IMG/VR virus record: IMGVR_UViG_3300014059_000009
Origin: an uncultured virus (IMG/VR IMGVR_UViG_3300014059_000009)
Taxonomy: Duplodnaviria; Heunggongvirae; Uroviricota; Caudoviricetes
DNA: 64,000 nucleotides
Reading direction: 5' to 3' (one strand)
How positions within the stretch are numbered: the stretch's first letter is position 1; each line of letters begins with the position of its first letter. Below are positions 7,528-16,533 of the stretch, one piece after another. Under the pieces are notes generated by a model. That model did no database searches. It had not been told where the DNA came from and saw only the letters and a list, made by a program, of their open reading frames with translations. The position numbers were made by a program, and so were the translations under genes.

Positions 7528-7782
7528 ATGGACGAGAGCCGGAACCCCTACAACCGCTGGTATCGCCGGATCAGGACCAGCCACGCCATGAGCCAGGCCG
7601 AGGTCGTGGAATGCTGCCGCATCGGGGGGCTGGCGGTCAGCCGGTCCATGGTTGATGCATGGGGACGGCGCGCCGGGACCGAAAGCCGCCGAGCGGCGGC
7701 GATGACCGAGGAACAGTTCGAATCTTTCACCGCCGGGCTGGTCGACTGGATCAGGGAGGCCCGCGATGACCCCGCTGGATGA
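7528..7782 (+). CDS. DUF1456/YehS-like small HTH-type protein
   Basis: SD GGAG; YRRIR...MSQAEVV...GLAVSRSMVDAW...MTEEQFESFTAGL resembles the DUF1456 pattern. Confidence 0.55.
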   Translation: MDESRNPYNRWYRRIRTSHAMSQAEVVECCRIGGLAVSRSMVDAWGRRAGTESRRAAAMTEEQFESFTAGLVDWIREARDDPAG

Positions 7783-7972
7783 TACCCGCCCATTTGCCGA
7801 TGTGCTGCGCGATTTCCTCGGGCGGCACCATCTGCGCCAGACACCCGAGACTGCGGCGCTGTTCGGGGCAGGCCGGTCCACGCTGACCGACTGGCTGGCT
7901 GGCCGCGAGGTGCCGCGCGGCGAGCGGTCCCACCGGGCGCTGATGCTGCTGATCGACGAGGGGCGCGCCTGA
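7766..7972 (+). CDS. XRE-type HTH regulator (Aca-like position)
   Basis: ETAALFGAGRSTLTDWLAG HTH; last gene of cassette. Confidence 0.75.
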   Translation: MTPLDDTRPFADVLRDFLGRHHLRQTPETAALFGAGRSTLTDWLAGREVPRGERSHRALMLLIDEGRA

Positions 7973-7983
7973 CTGATAGGCCG

Positions 7984-8012
7984 TTGACACCGGCTCGCAA
8001 ACCTGCCATTTT
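7984..8012 (+). promoter_or_regulatory. Putative late promoter (pR'-like)
   Basis: TTGACA-17 nt-CATTTT upstream of the late operon; analogous TTGACA at 49652. Confidence 0.6.
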
Positions 8013-8028
8013 CACGCTCGGATAAGTA

Positions 8029-8065
8029 CGCCCGCCAGGATCACCCTGCGCGGGCGTTTCGCATT
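8029..8065 (+). terminator. Leader hairpin (tR'-like) downstream of late promoter
   Basis: CGCCCGC-CAGG-ATCAC-CCTG-C-GCGGGCG then TTTCGCATT; 28 nt identical at 49701-49728. Confidence 0.65.
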
Positions 8066-8090
8066 CCCCCACCATCACAGGCGGCGCACC

Positions 8091-8402
8091 ATGGGCACAT
8101 GTTCCTTCTCAGTGGGCAGGTATGGCCGCATTCGCGGCGCAGGCGCTTCAACCGTCATCTCGTCCAGCGTCCGCACATCGGGAAGCCACGCCACCACCAC
8201 CAGCGCGTCCACCCTCTCTGACGGCAGCAACGTCACGCTCGCATCGGGTGAGGTGCTGCAAGTCCACGCCGACGAGGCCATGCGTATCCGCTTCGGGGGC
8301 GTCGCGGCCACAACCAACACCGGCCACTACATCCCGGCAGGCGGACAGGTGGAGTTCGAGTGCAACGATCCGGGGACAATCTCAATCATCGACGTGGCGT
8401 GA
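8091..8402 (+). CDS. Hypothetical protein, first late gene
   Basis: 103 aa ORF after leader hairpin; beta-rich composition. Confidence 0.65.
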   Translation: MGTCSFSVGRYGRIRGAGASTVISSSVRTSGSHATTTSASTLSDGSNVTLASGEVLQVHADEAMRIRFGGVAATTNTGHYIPAGGQVEFECNDPGTISIIDVA

Positions 8403-8403
8403 C

Positions 8404-9651
8404 GTGACTGAATTTCCCGCCTATAAAACGGTTTCAGTCGCAAAGCTGATTCCATACGCCCGCAACAGCCGGACGCATAGCGATGCGCAGGTTGCCAAGA
8501 TCGCCGCCAGCATTCGTGAGTTCGGGTTTCTCAACCCGGTGATTGTGGACGGCGAAAGCGGCATCATTGCGGGGCATGGTCGCGTGATGGCGGCGCAGAA
8601 GCTGGGGCTGGCATCGCTGCCGGTGATCGAGGCGGCGCACCTTACCGAGGCGCAGAAGCGGGCTTACGTAATTGCAGACAACCGGCTGGCGCTTGACGCT
8701 GGCTGGGATAACGAAATGCTCAAGGTCGAGTTGTCTGACCTGCAAGCGGATGGCTTCAACCTGGAACTGACCGGCTTTAGCCTAGATGAGATTGCGGCGT
8801 TTCTGGTTGACCCCACCGAGGGGCTGACCGATCCCGACGCGGTTCCTGACGTTCCAGAGGTGCCGGTGTCTGTGCTTGGCGATATCTGGGTTCTGGGCAA
8901 GCACAGGATTGCCTGCGGATCATCGACGGACGCGCATACGGTCGAGGCTGTGCTGGCGGGCGTGAAGCCGCACCTGATGGTGACGGACCCGCCCTATGGC
9001 GTCGAGTACGATCCAGCCTGGCGCAATCAAGTCGGCGCGGCAAAGACGAAGCGCGTGGGCAAGGTGCTGAACGACCACCGCGCGGACTGGCGGGAAGCCT
9101 GGGCGCTCTTCCCCGGCGATGTGGCGTATGTCTGGCATGGCGCCCTGCATGCGACCACTGTCGCCGAGAGCTTGATCGCCTGCGGCTTCGCGATCCGCAG
9201 CCAGATCATCTGGGCCAAGGAACGGCTGGGGCTCTCCCGCGGGGACTACCACTGGCAGCACGAGCCCTGCTGGTATGCCGTCCGGGAGAAGGCGACCGGC
9301 CACTGGTCGGGGGACCGCAAGCAGACGACGCTCTGGAACATCCCGAGCCGGGACCAGGATGCGGCTACCGTGCACGGCACGCAGAAGCCCGTCGAATGCA
9401 TGCGCCGCCCGATGCTGAACAACTCGAGCCCCGGCCAGGCAGTCTACGAGCCCTTCTCCGGATCAGGTTCGTCGATCATCGCCGCCGAGACCTGCGGGCG
9501 GCACTGCCATGCCGTGGAACTGGACGCGGCCTATGTCGACGTCGCCGTCGAGCGCTGGCAGGCCTTCACCGGCCAGACCGCAACGCTGGAAGGCGATGGC
9601 CGCACATTTGCCGAACTGACCCCGGAGCGGATCAATGCGCGCGCAGCATGA
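8404..9651 (+). CDS. ParB-like domain + N4/N6 DNA methyltransferase
   Basis: YARNSRTH, IIAGHGR, IADNRL (ParBc); TDPPY, HGTQKP, EPFSGSGS; GTG start 8404. Confidence 0.9.
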   Translation: MTEFPAYKTVSVAKLIPYARNSRTHSDAQVAKIAASIREFGFLNPVIVDGESGIIAGHGRVMAAQKLGLASLPVIEAAHLTEAQKRAYVIADNRLALDAGWDNEMLKVELSDLQADGFNLELTGFSLDEIAAFLVDPTEGLTDPDAVPDVPEVPVSVLGDIWVLGKHRIACGSSTDAHTVEAVLAGVKPHLMVTDPPYGVEYDPAWRNQVGAAKTKRVGKVLNDHRADWREAWALFPGDVAYVWHGALHATTVAESLIACGFAIRSQIIWAKERLGLSRGDYHWQHEPCWYAVREKATGHWSGDRKQTTLWNIPSRDQDAATVHGTQKPVECMRRPMLNNSSPGQAVYEPFSGSGSSIIAAETCGRHCHAVELDAAYVDVAVERWQAFTGQTATLEGDGRTFAELTPERINARAA

Positions 9652-9964
9652 GCCAACGTCGGAACTGCGCCACCTCGTGCAGCTTCACGCCACTATCGGC
9701 ACGCGGCAGGACGATATCGCTGCGGTGCTAGGGATTGACCCGAAGACCTTGCGCCTGCACTACCGCGAAGAACTGGACCTTGCCTCGGCGAAAGCTAACG
9801 CGGTGATCGGCGGCGCGCTGTTCAACAAGGCCAAGGGCGGCGACACGACGGCCATGATCTTCTGGATGAAGACGCGGGCGGGCTGGAAGGAAACACACGC
9901 GGTCGAACATGGCGGCGAAGGCGGCGGGCCGCTGATCATTCAATGGCGCGATGCCGGTAGTTGA
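9635..9964 (+). CDS. terS: Terminase small subunit
   Basis: HTH (DDIAAVLGIDPKTL), ALFNKAKGGDTTAMIFWMKTRAGW; precedes terL. Confidence 0.8.
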   Translation: MRAQHEPTSELRHLVQLHATIGTRQDDIAAVLGIDPKTLRLHYREELDLASAKANAVIGGALFNKAKGGDTTAMIFWMKTRAGWKETHAVEHGGEGGGPLIIQWRDAGS

Positions 9965-11210
9965 AATTCCCTACACGCCCCGCGACCAGATGCGGGCGTA
10001 TCATCGCCGCACTGAACGCTGGGCCTGCATCGTCGCGCACCGCCGCTATGGCAAAACCGTGGGCGTGGTCAACGATCTGATCCGCACGGCGATGACCTCG
10101 AACAAGCCGGACACGCGCTGCGCCTACATCGCGCCGTTCTACAGCCAGGCAAAGGCCATCGCCTGGGATTACGCCAAGTTCTACAGCGCGCCCATTCCGG
10201 GCATCAGGGTCAACGAGAGCGAGCTGCGGATCGACTACCCCAACGGGTCGCGGCTTCGCCTGTTCGGGGCGGACAACTACGACGCCATGCGCGGGCTGTA
10301 TTTCGACGACGCGGCGCTGGATGAGCCTGCGGATTTCCCGCCGAACGCCTGGCCGATGGTAATCCGCCCCGCGCTGGCTGACAGACAGGGTCGGGCGACC
10401 TTCATGGGGACGCCAAAGGGCAAGAACGAGTTCTGGGATATCCACGAGTTTGCCGCCACCAGTCCGGAATGGTTTTCCATGGTGCTGCGGGCCAGCGACA
10501 CAGGCATCCTGCCTCAAGCGGAATTGGACGAGGCCCGCCGGGCGATGGGCGATGATCGATACGAGCAGGAGTTCGAGTGCAGCTTCGAAGCTGCCATTCT
10601 CGGGGCCTACTACGGCAAGGAGATGCGGGCCGCGACCGAGGCCAACAGGATCACAGCCGTCCCATACGAGCCGTCCCTGCCGGTTTACACTGCCTGGGAC
10701 CTGGGGATCGGGGATACCACGTCGATCTGGTTTGCGCAGTTCCACGGCGCCCAGAAACGGATCATCGACTACTACGAGGCCAGCGGGGTTGGGCTAGATC
10801 ACTACGTCAGCGTCCTAAAGGACAGGCCTTACATCTATGGCCCCCACATCCTGCCGCATGACGCGCGGGTGCGGGAGCTGGGCACCGGCAAGACGCGGGT
10901 GGAAACGCTCACGGCTTTGGGTCTGAAGGATATCACCATCGCGGACAGCATTCCCCTGGATGATGGCATCCAGGCGGTTCGCAGCTTTCTGCCCGCGACA
11001 TGGTTTGACGCAGCCAACTGCGCAAAAGGGGTTGAGGCATTGCGGCAATACCAGCGCGAGTGGGATGAAAAGGCCAAGGCGTTCAAGCCGCGCCCGATGC
11101 ATTCATGGGCGAGCCATGGCGCTGATGCGTTCCGGTATCTGGTGATCGGCTACCGCCCACAGGCGGCCAAACCCGCGCCTCGCAAGCGCTCAAGTGCATG
11201 GGCGGCGTGA
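9951..11210 (+). CDS. terL: Terminase large subunit
   Basis: Walker A HRRYGKT, Walker B AALDE, GTPKG, nuclease WDLG...D, SHGADAFRY. Confidence 0.95.
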   Translation: MPVVEIPYTPRDQMRAYHRRTERWACIVAHRRYGKTVGVVNDLIRTAMTSNKPDTRCAYIAPFYSQAKAIAWDYAKFYSAPIPGIRVNESELRIDYPNGSRLRLFGADNYDAMRGLYFDDAALDEPADFPPNAWPMVIRPALADRQGRATFMGTPKGKNEFWDIHEFAATSPEWFSMVLRASDTGILPQAELDEARRAMGDDRYEQEFECSFEAAILGAYYGKEMRAATEANRITAVPYEPSLPVYTAWDLGIGDTTSIWFAQFHGAQKRIIDYYEASGVGLDHYVSVLKDRPYIYGPHILPHDARVRELGTGKTRVETLTALGLKDITIADSIPLDDGIQAVRSFLPATWFDAANCAKGVEALRQYQREWDEKAKAFKPRPMHSWASHGADAFRYLVIGYRPQAAKPAPRKRSSAWAA

Positions 11211-13093
11211 TGGACTTCGAATCGCTAAAATCCCAGGTCACAGCCGATTGGAACGCCCTGTCCAAGTGGCGCGAGGAAGCCGAGAAGGAATACGCCTTCA
11301 AGGACGGCCACCAGTGGACCGAGGAGGAAAAAGCGGCGCTGGCGGAAAACCAGCGGGTGCCGGTGGTGTTCAACCGGGTGCAGGTCATCATCGCGTCGGT
11401 ATCGGGGTCGGAGATCAACAATCGCACCGAGGTCCGGTTCATCCCGCGCGAGATCGGCGACGCCAAGCCGAACGAAATCCTCACCGCCGGAGCCGAGTGG
11501 TTTCGCGACGAAAGCAACGCGGAAGACGAGGAAACGCAGGCTTTCGAGGACATGCTGGTGGCGGGTCTGGGCTGGACCGAGACGCTGCTGGACTACATGG
11601 CCGACCCGGAGGGCGCTCCTCGCGTCGTGCGGCTCGATCCGCTCGAAATGTGCTGGGACTGCCATGCCCACCGGAAGGGCCTGCAGGACGCCAGCCGGGT
11701 TGCGCGGGTGCGGCAAATTCCGCTGGACGAAGCGCAGGACATGTTCCCCGGCAGGGACGCGAGCGAGATCAACGCCGACTGGATCAGCAAGACCAAGGAT
11801 GAAGGCGAAAGCCATGAGGCCCTGATCGGGGATCAGTATAAATCGGGCCGCAAGGGGGACGGGCAGGCCAACGACGGCACGGTGACGGTTGTCCAGGTGC
11901 AGTGGCGCGAAAAGGTCAAGTCGGTCGAATACGTCGATCCGCAGGACGGCGGGCGGAAGGAGATGCCCAAGTCGGACTGGGACAAGTTGGCGAAAGTCAT
12001 GCCGCTGGACACGGTCATTCCGAACCGCCCCGTGACGAAATACGTCTGGAAACAGGCGTTTCTGGGCCGCGACGGCATTCTGCTGGAAAACCAGCCCTGC
12101 AGGGACGGCTGCACCTTCAAGGCCATGACGGGGAACTATGACCGCAAGGAAAAGCGGTTCTACGGGCTTCTCAGGGTCATGATGGACCCGCAGAAATACG
12201 CGAACAAATGGCTGAGCCAGACGCTGCACATCATCAACGCCAACGCCAAGGGCGGGGTGATGTACGAAGAAGGCGCGGTTCTGGACGCAAACGCCTTTGA
12301 GGAGGGCTGGGCGGCGGCTGACAGCGCCGTTGCGGTGGCAAACGGGGCTTTGACAGCGGGCCGCATCCAACCCAAGCCGCAGGTGCAGATGCCAGCGGCC
12401 CTGATGCAGTTGACGCAGTTCGCCATCAGCACGATCCGCGACACATCTGGCGTCTCGCTTGAGTTGATGGGCATGGCTGATCGGCAACAGGCCGGGGTTC
12501 TGGAATACCAGCGCAGGCAGGCCAGCATGACGACGCTCGCCACCTATTTCGACAGCCTGCGGTTCTACCGCAAAACGCAGGGCGAGGTGATCCTGTCGTT
12601 CCTGCGGGACCACATCGCGCCCACGGGCAGGCTGGTGCGGATCGTCCGCGAGGGGCTGGCGCAATACGTGTCGCTGGCGACCGAAACCGGAACCCGCAAA
12701 TACGACGTGATCGTTGATGACAGTCCCGCCGCGCCGAACGAGAAAGAGCGGGCCTGGGCGGTGATCGAGAAGATGATGCCTGTCCTGCAGCAGGGCGGAC
12801 TTGGGCTGGAAGATTGGGCCGATGTGCTGGAATACAGCCCGTTGCCGTCCAGTTTCGCCGAAAAGGTCCGCGCCAAGGCAGCGGAGCAGAAGAAAAACCA
12901 AGGCCAGGACCCGATGCAGGCGCTGCAAATGCAGGCCGCGCAGGCGGACGTGCAGAAAACGCAGTCCGAGGCGGAGGAAAACCAGAGCCAGACGGTCCTG
13001 AACCAAGTGAAAGCGCAGCGGGAAGCCGCAACGCCCATCCAACCTCCGGCACTGCCCGGAATGGCCCAACCGCGCCCGGCCAGCGCCCCGTAA
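11210..13093 (+). CDS. Portal protein (P22-like)
   Basis: GHQW, YGLLRVMMDPQKYANK, YDVIVDDSP; follows terL. Confidence 0.9.
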   Translation: MDFESLKSQVTADWNALSKWREEAEKEYAFKDGHQWTEEEKAALAENQRVPVVFNRVQVIIASVSGSEINNRTEVRFIPREIGDAKPNEILTAGAEWFRDESNAEDEETQAFEDMLVAGLGWTETLLDYMADPEGAPRVVRLDPLEMCWDCHAHRKGLQDASRVARVRQIPLDEAQDMFPGRDASEINADWISKTKDEGESHEALIGDQYKSGRKGDGQANDGTVTVVQVQWREKVKSVEYVDPQDGGRKEMPKSDWDKLAKVMPLDTVIPNRPVTKYVWKQAFLGRDGILLENQPCRDGCTFKAMTGNYDRKEKRFYGLLRVMMDPQKYANKWLSQTLHIINANAKGGVMYEEGAVLDANAFEEGWAAADSAVAVANGALTAGRIQPKPQVQMPAALMQLTQFAISTIRDTSGVSLELMGMADRQQAGVLEYQRRQASMTTLATYFDSLRFYRKTQGEVILSFLRDHIAPTGRLVRIVREGLAQYVSLATETGTRKYDVIVDDSPAAPNEKERAWAVIEKMMPVLQQGGLGLEDWADVLEYSPLPSSFAEKVRAKAAEQKKNQGQDPMQALQMQAAQADVQKTQSEAEENQSQTVLNQVKAQREAATPIQPPALPGMAQPRPASAP

Positions 13094-13114
13094 CCCGCAC
13101 GAAACGAGGGAAAT

Positions 13115-13996
13115 ATGAGCGAAGTCCTGACTGCCGACGAAAGCGCCGCGATGGAGGCAATGAAGGCCGATACCGGGCCGGAAGTTGCGCCCGCCGAAGC
13201 GGTCGATGTGCCGGAAAACCCGGCTGAGACGCCCGCGCCGGTCGCGGAAACCCCGGCCCCGGAAGCCGACAAGCCCCCGCCGGGCATGGTTCCGCAGGGC
13301 GCGCTGCACCAGGAGCGCGAACGCCGGAAGGAGACGGAACGGCAGTTCCAGGAGTTGCAGCGGCAGTTCGCCGAAATCCAGGCCAAGCTGAACCCGCCGC
13401 CCGAAATCGTGGTCCCCGACCCGGTCTTGCAGCCCGAGGCGTTCAAGCAGTTCCAGATCGACCAGATCAAGCAGCGCGCCGCCGAAAAGGCCGAAGCCGA
13501 CCGGCAGGCGCAGGAGCGCGCGCAAGAGCAGCAGATCATGGCCCGCGTCAATCAGGACGTGCAGCAGTTCAGGGCCGCGACCCCCGACTACGATCAGGCA
13601 TTCCAACACGCCGTGAAAGTGCGGCGCGAGGAACTGGCGTTCTACGGCAATTCGCCGGAGCAGATCGACCAGCAGATCGAAACGGACGTCCGGGCCATCG
13701 TCCAGCAGGCGTACAGCCAGGGCAAGAACCCCGGCGAGCTGTTCTATGGCTATGCCAAGATGCGCGGCTATTCCCCGGCGCAGGCGGCCCGTGATCCGGT
13801 TCCGGCACAGGCCGCGGCGCAGGTCAACGCCTTGGCCGAGGCGCAGCGCCAGACGCAGAGCATGGCCACGGCTGGCGGCCCGTCCAGTGACGGCGGCGTT
13901 ACCATCGAAACCTTGGCGAAGATGAGCGAGGCCCAGCTGGCGAAGATGCCCAAGGCCGAACGCGACGCCATGATGCAGAAAGTCATGGGCGGCTAA
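13115..13996 (+). CDS. Scaffolding protein
   Basis: Acidic Pro-rich N-terminus, VPQGALHQERERRKE coiled coil; between portal and capsid. Confidence 0.8.
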   Translation: MSEVLTADESAAMEAMKADTGPEVAPAEAVDVPENPAETPAPVAETPAPEADKPPPGMVPQGALHQERERRKETERQFQELQRQFAEIQAKLNPPPEIVVPDPVLQPEAFKQFQIDQIKQRAAEKAEADRQAQERAQEQQIMARVNQDVQQFRAATPDYDQAFQHAVKVRREELAFYGNSPEQIDQQIETDVRAIVQQAYSQGKNPGELFYGYAKMRGYSPAQAARDPVPAQAAAQVNALAEAQRQTQSMATAGGPSSDGGVTIETLAKMSEAQLAKMPKAERDAMMQKVMGG

Positions 13997-13997
13997 A

Positions 13998-14237
13998 ATG
14001 GGAAATCCGCTCAACATAATGAACGGGCCGCGACACGCAATGGCCGCATGGAAGGAACGCCAAGAGTGCCGCCCCGTGCAGGGGCCGCCAACCGAAATTC
14101 AGATGCTCCGCGATGAAGTCGGCGACCTTAAGAGGCGTTTAAGTGACGACGAAATGGCAGCGGCACTGTCCAGATTGGACCCCGCCGCAGCGATTTTTAG
14201 CCCATCGCGGGCGATCAGGGTCCGCAGGGCACCATAG
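13998..14237 (+). CDS. Hypothetical protein
   Basis: 79 aa ORF between scaffold and capsid genes. Confidence 0.45.
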   Translation: MGNPLNIMNGPRHAMAAWKERQECRPVQGPPTEIQMLRDEVGDLKRRLSDDEMAAALSRLDPAAAIFSPSRAIRVRRAP

Positions 14238-14330
14238 CCCCGCTTCGTCCGCGCAGACGTAAAACGCGCCCCGCTCGGCTCCGGCGTCACGGTGAGCTTC
14301 ATCTGACATCAACCCCCAAAAGGAGCCATC

Positions 14331-15443
14331 ATGGCACAGACGACTTTTGGCGTCGGGCATCCCCTCGCGGTATCCGTCTGGTCGAAAGACCTCGCGGCTG
14401 AGGCGATCCGGCGCACGTTCATCGGCAAGTTCATCGGTTCGACCGAGGACTCGCTCATCATGGAAAAGGTGGACCTGAAAAAGTCCGCCGGGGACAACAT
14501 CACCTGCGGGCTGAACGTCCAGATGCAGGGCGATGGTGTCCAGGGTGACGCCACGCTGGAAGGCAACGAGGAAGCCCTCCAGTTCTACGACGACAACATG
14601 CGCATCGACCAGCTGCGCCACGCGACCCGCGTCAAGGGCCGCATGACGGAACAGCGGGTTCCCTACAACCTGCGCCGGGTGTCCCGCGACCGCCTCGCCG
14701 ACTGGTGGGCGCGCCGCATGGACGTGTCGTTCTTCAACCAGATTTGCGGCAACACCGCAGTCTCGGACACGAAGTTCACCGGCAACAACGCCGTCATCGC
14801 GCCGTCGACCAACCGGATCATCCGGGCGGGGAACCAGTCCACCGACCAGGCCCTGACGTCCTCGGACAAGTTCGACCTGACCTACATCGACGTTGCCCGC
14901 AACTACGCGGAAACGGCGTCCATCGAGGCCAGCACCGGGCCGATGATCCGCCCGATCAGTCAGGACGGGAACGACTACTACGTCATGTTCCTGCACGACG
15001 ATCAGGTCTACGACCTGCGCACCAACACCAGCGCGGGCCAGTGGCAGGATATCCAGAAAGCGACCCTGATGGGCGGTGACGTGAAGGACAACCCGATCTT
15101 CTCGGGCGCTCTGGGCATCTACAACGGGGTCATCCTGCACAAGGCTGCCCGCGTGACCAACGGCGTCCATTCGACGGCGGGCACGGCGGTTGCCAACACC
15201 CGCCGGGCAGTTCTCTGCGGTGCGCAGGCGGCGGCCATCGCCTTCGGTTCCGAGAATGGCGCGACCAAATATACCTGGGTCGAGGAGATGTTCGACTACG
15301 GGAACCAGTTCGGGGTCGCCGCCGGGGCGATCTGGGGTCTGAAGAAGACCAAGTACATCCCGGAAGACAACTCGGCCACCAACGCGGAAGACTTCGGGAC
15401 CATCGTGGTTTCGACGTATGCCGCGCGTCCGGTCGCGGCTTAA
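14331..15443 (+). CDS. Major capsid protein, N4-gp56/DUF4043 family
   Basis: SD AAGGAG; DLKKSAGDNIT, LEGNEEAL, IDQLRHA, NPIFSGALGIYNGVILH, WVEEMFDYGN. Confidence 0.9.
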   Translation: MAQTTFGVGHPLAVSVWSKDLAAEAIRRTFIGKFIGSTEDSLIMEKVDLKKSAGDNITCGLNVQMQGDGVQGDATLEGNEEALQFYDDNMRIDQLRHATRVKGRMTEQRVPYNLRRVSRDRLADWWARRMDVSFFNQICGNTAVSDTKFTGNNAVIAPSTNRIIRAGNQSTDQALTSSDKFDLTYIDVARNYAETASIEASTGPMIRPISQDGNDYYVMFLHDDQVYDLRTNTSAGQWQDIQKATLMGGDVKDNPIFSGALGIYNGVILHKAARVTNGVHSTAGTAVANTRRAVLCGAQAAAIAFGSENGATKYTWVEEMFDYGNQFGVAAGAIWGLKKTKYIPEDNSATNAEDFGTIVVSTYAARPVAA

Positions 15444-15456
15444 GGAGGGCTGACAG

Positions 15457-15873
15457 ATGGGACTTCACGCAGGCAAAGGCCAAGTTGTCCACCAGAACGT
15501 GGTGCACACCCTGAGCCGCTACATCACGCACGCCGACCTGAGCGGCGTTTACGAACTGGGTTACGTTCCCGGCGGGTCGCTTATCGTTGCCTCTGGCATC
15601 GGCATCCTGACCGCATGGTCGGGGACCGGCAACGAACAGGTGGACATCGGCTTTGACCGTTCGGAAGGGGGCCTGACCTCCGACCCGAACGCCTTCACCG
15701 AGACCGCGCTGGATATCGACGCGGCGGTTGGGCACATCGCGGGGGACGTGGTTTCGGCTGCGAACCTCTACTTCGAGAAGCCCGCCCGGATCACGTGCGA
15801 CATCGTGAACACGGACAGCGCCACCGGCAAGGCGCTGGTCTACGTCCAGTACATCGTCCGCCAGACGACCTGA
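15457..15873 (+). CDS. Capsid decoration/cement protein
   Basis: SD AAGGAG; follows capsid gene; beta-rich, ends TGKALVYVQY. Confidence 0.65.
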   Translation: MGLHAGKGQVVHQNVVHTLSRYITHADLSGVYELGYVPGGSLIVASGIGILTAWSGTGNEQVDIGFDRSEGGLTSDPNAFTETALDIDAAVGHIAGDVVSAANLYFEKPARITCDIVNTDSATGKALVYVQYIVRQTT

Positions 15874-15879
15874 TGCATC

Positions 15880-15900
15880 GGCGGGCTGTCATGGCCCGCC
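15880..15900 (+). terminator. Hairpin after head genes
   Basis: GGCGGGC-TGTCATG-GCCCGCC; weak U-tract. Confidence 0.5.
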
Positions 15901-15923
15901 CCCTTCAACAAGGAGATACCCTC

Positions 15924-15995
15924 ATGGGAAAGCAGACCAACTCCAAGCCCCCGAAGGAAGCGTCCGGTAAGGGCGGCAAGAAAGGCGGCTACTGA
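15924..15995 (+). CDS. 23-aa Lys/Gly-rich peptide
   Basis: Strong SD AAGGAG; MGKQTNSKPPKEASGKGGKKGGY; stop overlaps next ATG. Confidence 0.5.
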   Translation: MGKQTNSKPPKEASGKGGKKGGY

Positions 15996-16369
15996 TGCCT
16001 CTCGGCGATGTATGGGACGTGATGAAGGAGCAGACGGTTTCGGTGGGTGCACTGAAATCGCTTGGGGCTCTCTTCACCACGGCCCCTGTGACCAAGACGG
16101 CTGACTTTACCGTCGCGGACACCGAAACCGTCATCATCAACAACAAGTCCGGTTCGGCCTGTTCGGCGACCCTGCCAAGCGCGGCGCTGAATGCGGGGCG
16201 CATCTTGCTGATGAAGACCACGCAGGCGCAGGCCCTCAACTCGGCCTCGTCCAACGTGGTGCCGAAGGCGGGCGGTGCAGCCGGTACAGCCATCGCGACG
16301 GGAACGGCTGGCAACTGGGCCTTGCTGGTGTCTGACGGCACCAACTGGGTCGTGATGGCTGGCACCTGA
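15995..16369 (+). CDS. Virion structural protein (head fibre-like)
   Basis: TKTADFTV...TLPSAA...GRIL...LVSDGTNWVV beta module. Confidence 0.65.
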   Translation: MPLGDVWDVMKEQTVSVGALKSLGALFTTAPVTKTADFTVADTETVIINNKSGSACSATLPSAALNAGRILLMKTTQAQALNSASSNVVPKAGGAAGTAIATGTAGNWALLVSDGTNWVVMAGT

Positions 16370-16533
16370 TGCGGCGGCGTCAAGCCTTTCTGGCGCGCGA
16401 GGAGCTGCGCCGGACCCTGAACACGGAGCAGGCGGTTGCAGAGCCGCCTGTTTCCACGGAAGACCCGGAGCCTGCGTCCGAAAAGCGCAAGCGGGGCCGC
16501 CCGCGCAAGGTGAAAGATGACAACCTTTCTTGA
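16369..16533 (+). CDS. 54-aa AT-hook protein
   Basis: Hand-translated; contains KRKRGRPRK. Confidence 0.6.
   Translation: MRRRQAFLAREELRRTLNTEQAVAEPPVSTEDPEPASEKRKRGRPRKVKDDNLS

Noticed and set aside
11225..14017. 930-aa minus-strand ORF, and similar long antisense ORFs such as 53637..55154 and 23730..25019
   Set aside because: Shadows of high-GC portal, scaffold, coat and ejection genes; no motifs, and explained by codon bias
14246..14300. Possible pseudoknot or hairpins upstream of the capsid gene
   Set aside because: Stems of only 4 bp in GC-rich DNA; not supportable without covariation
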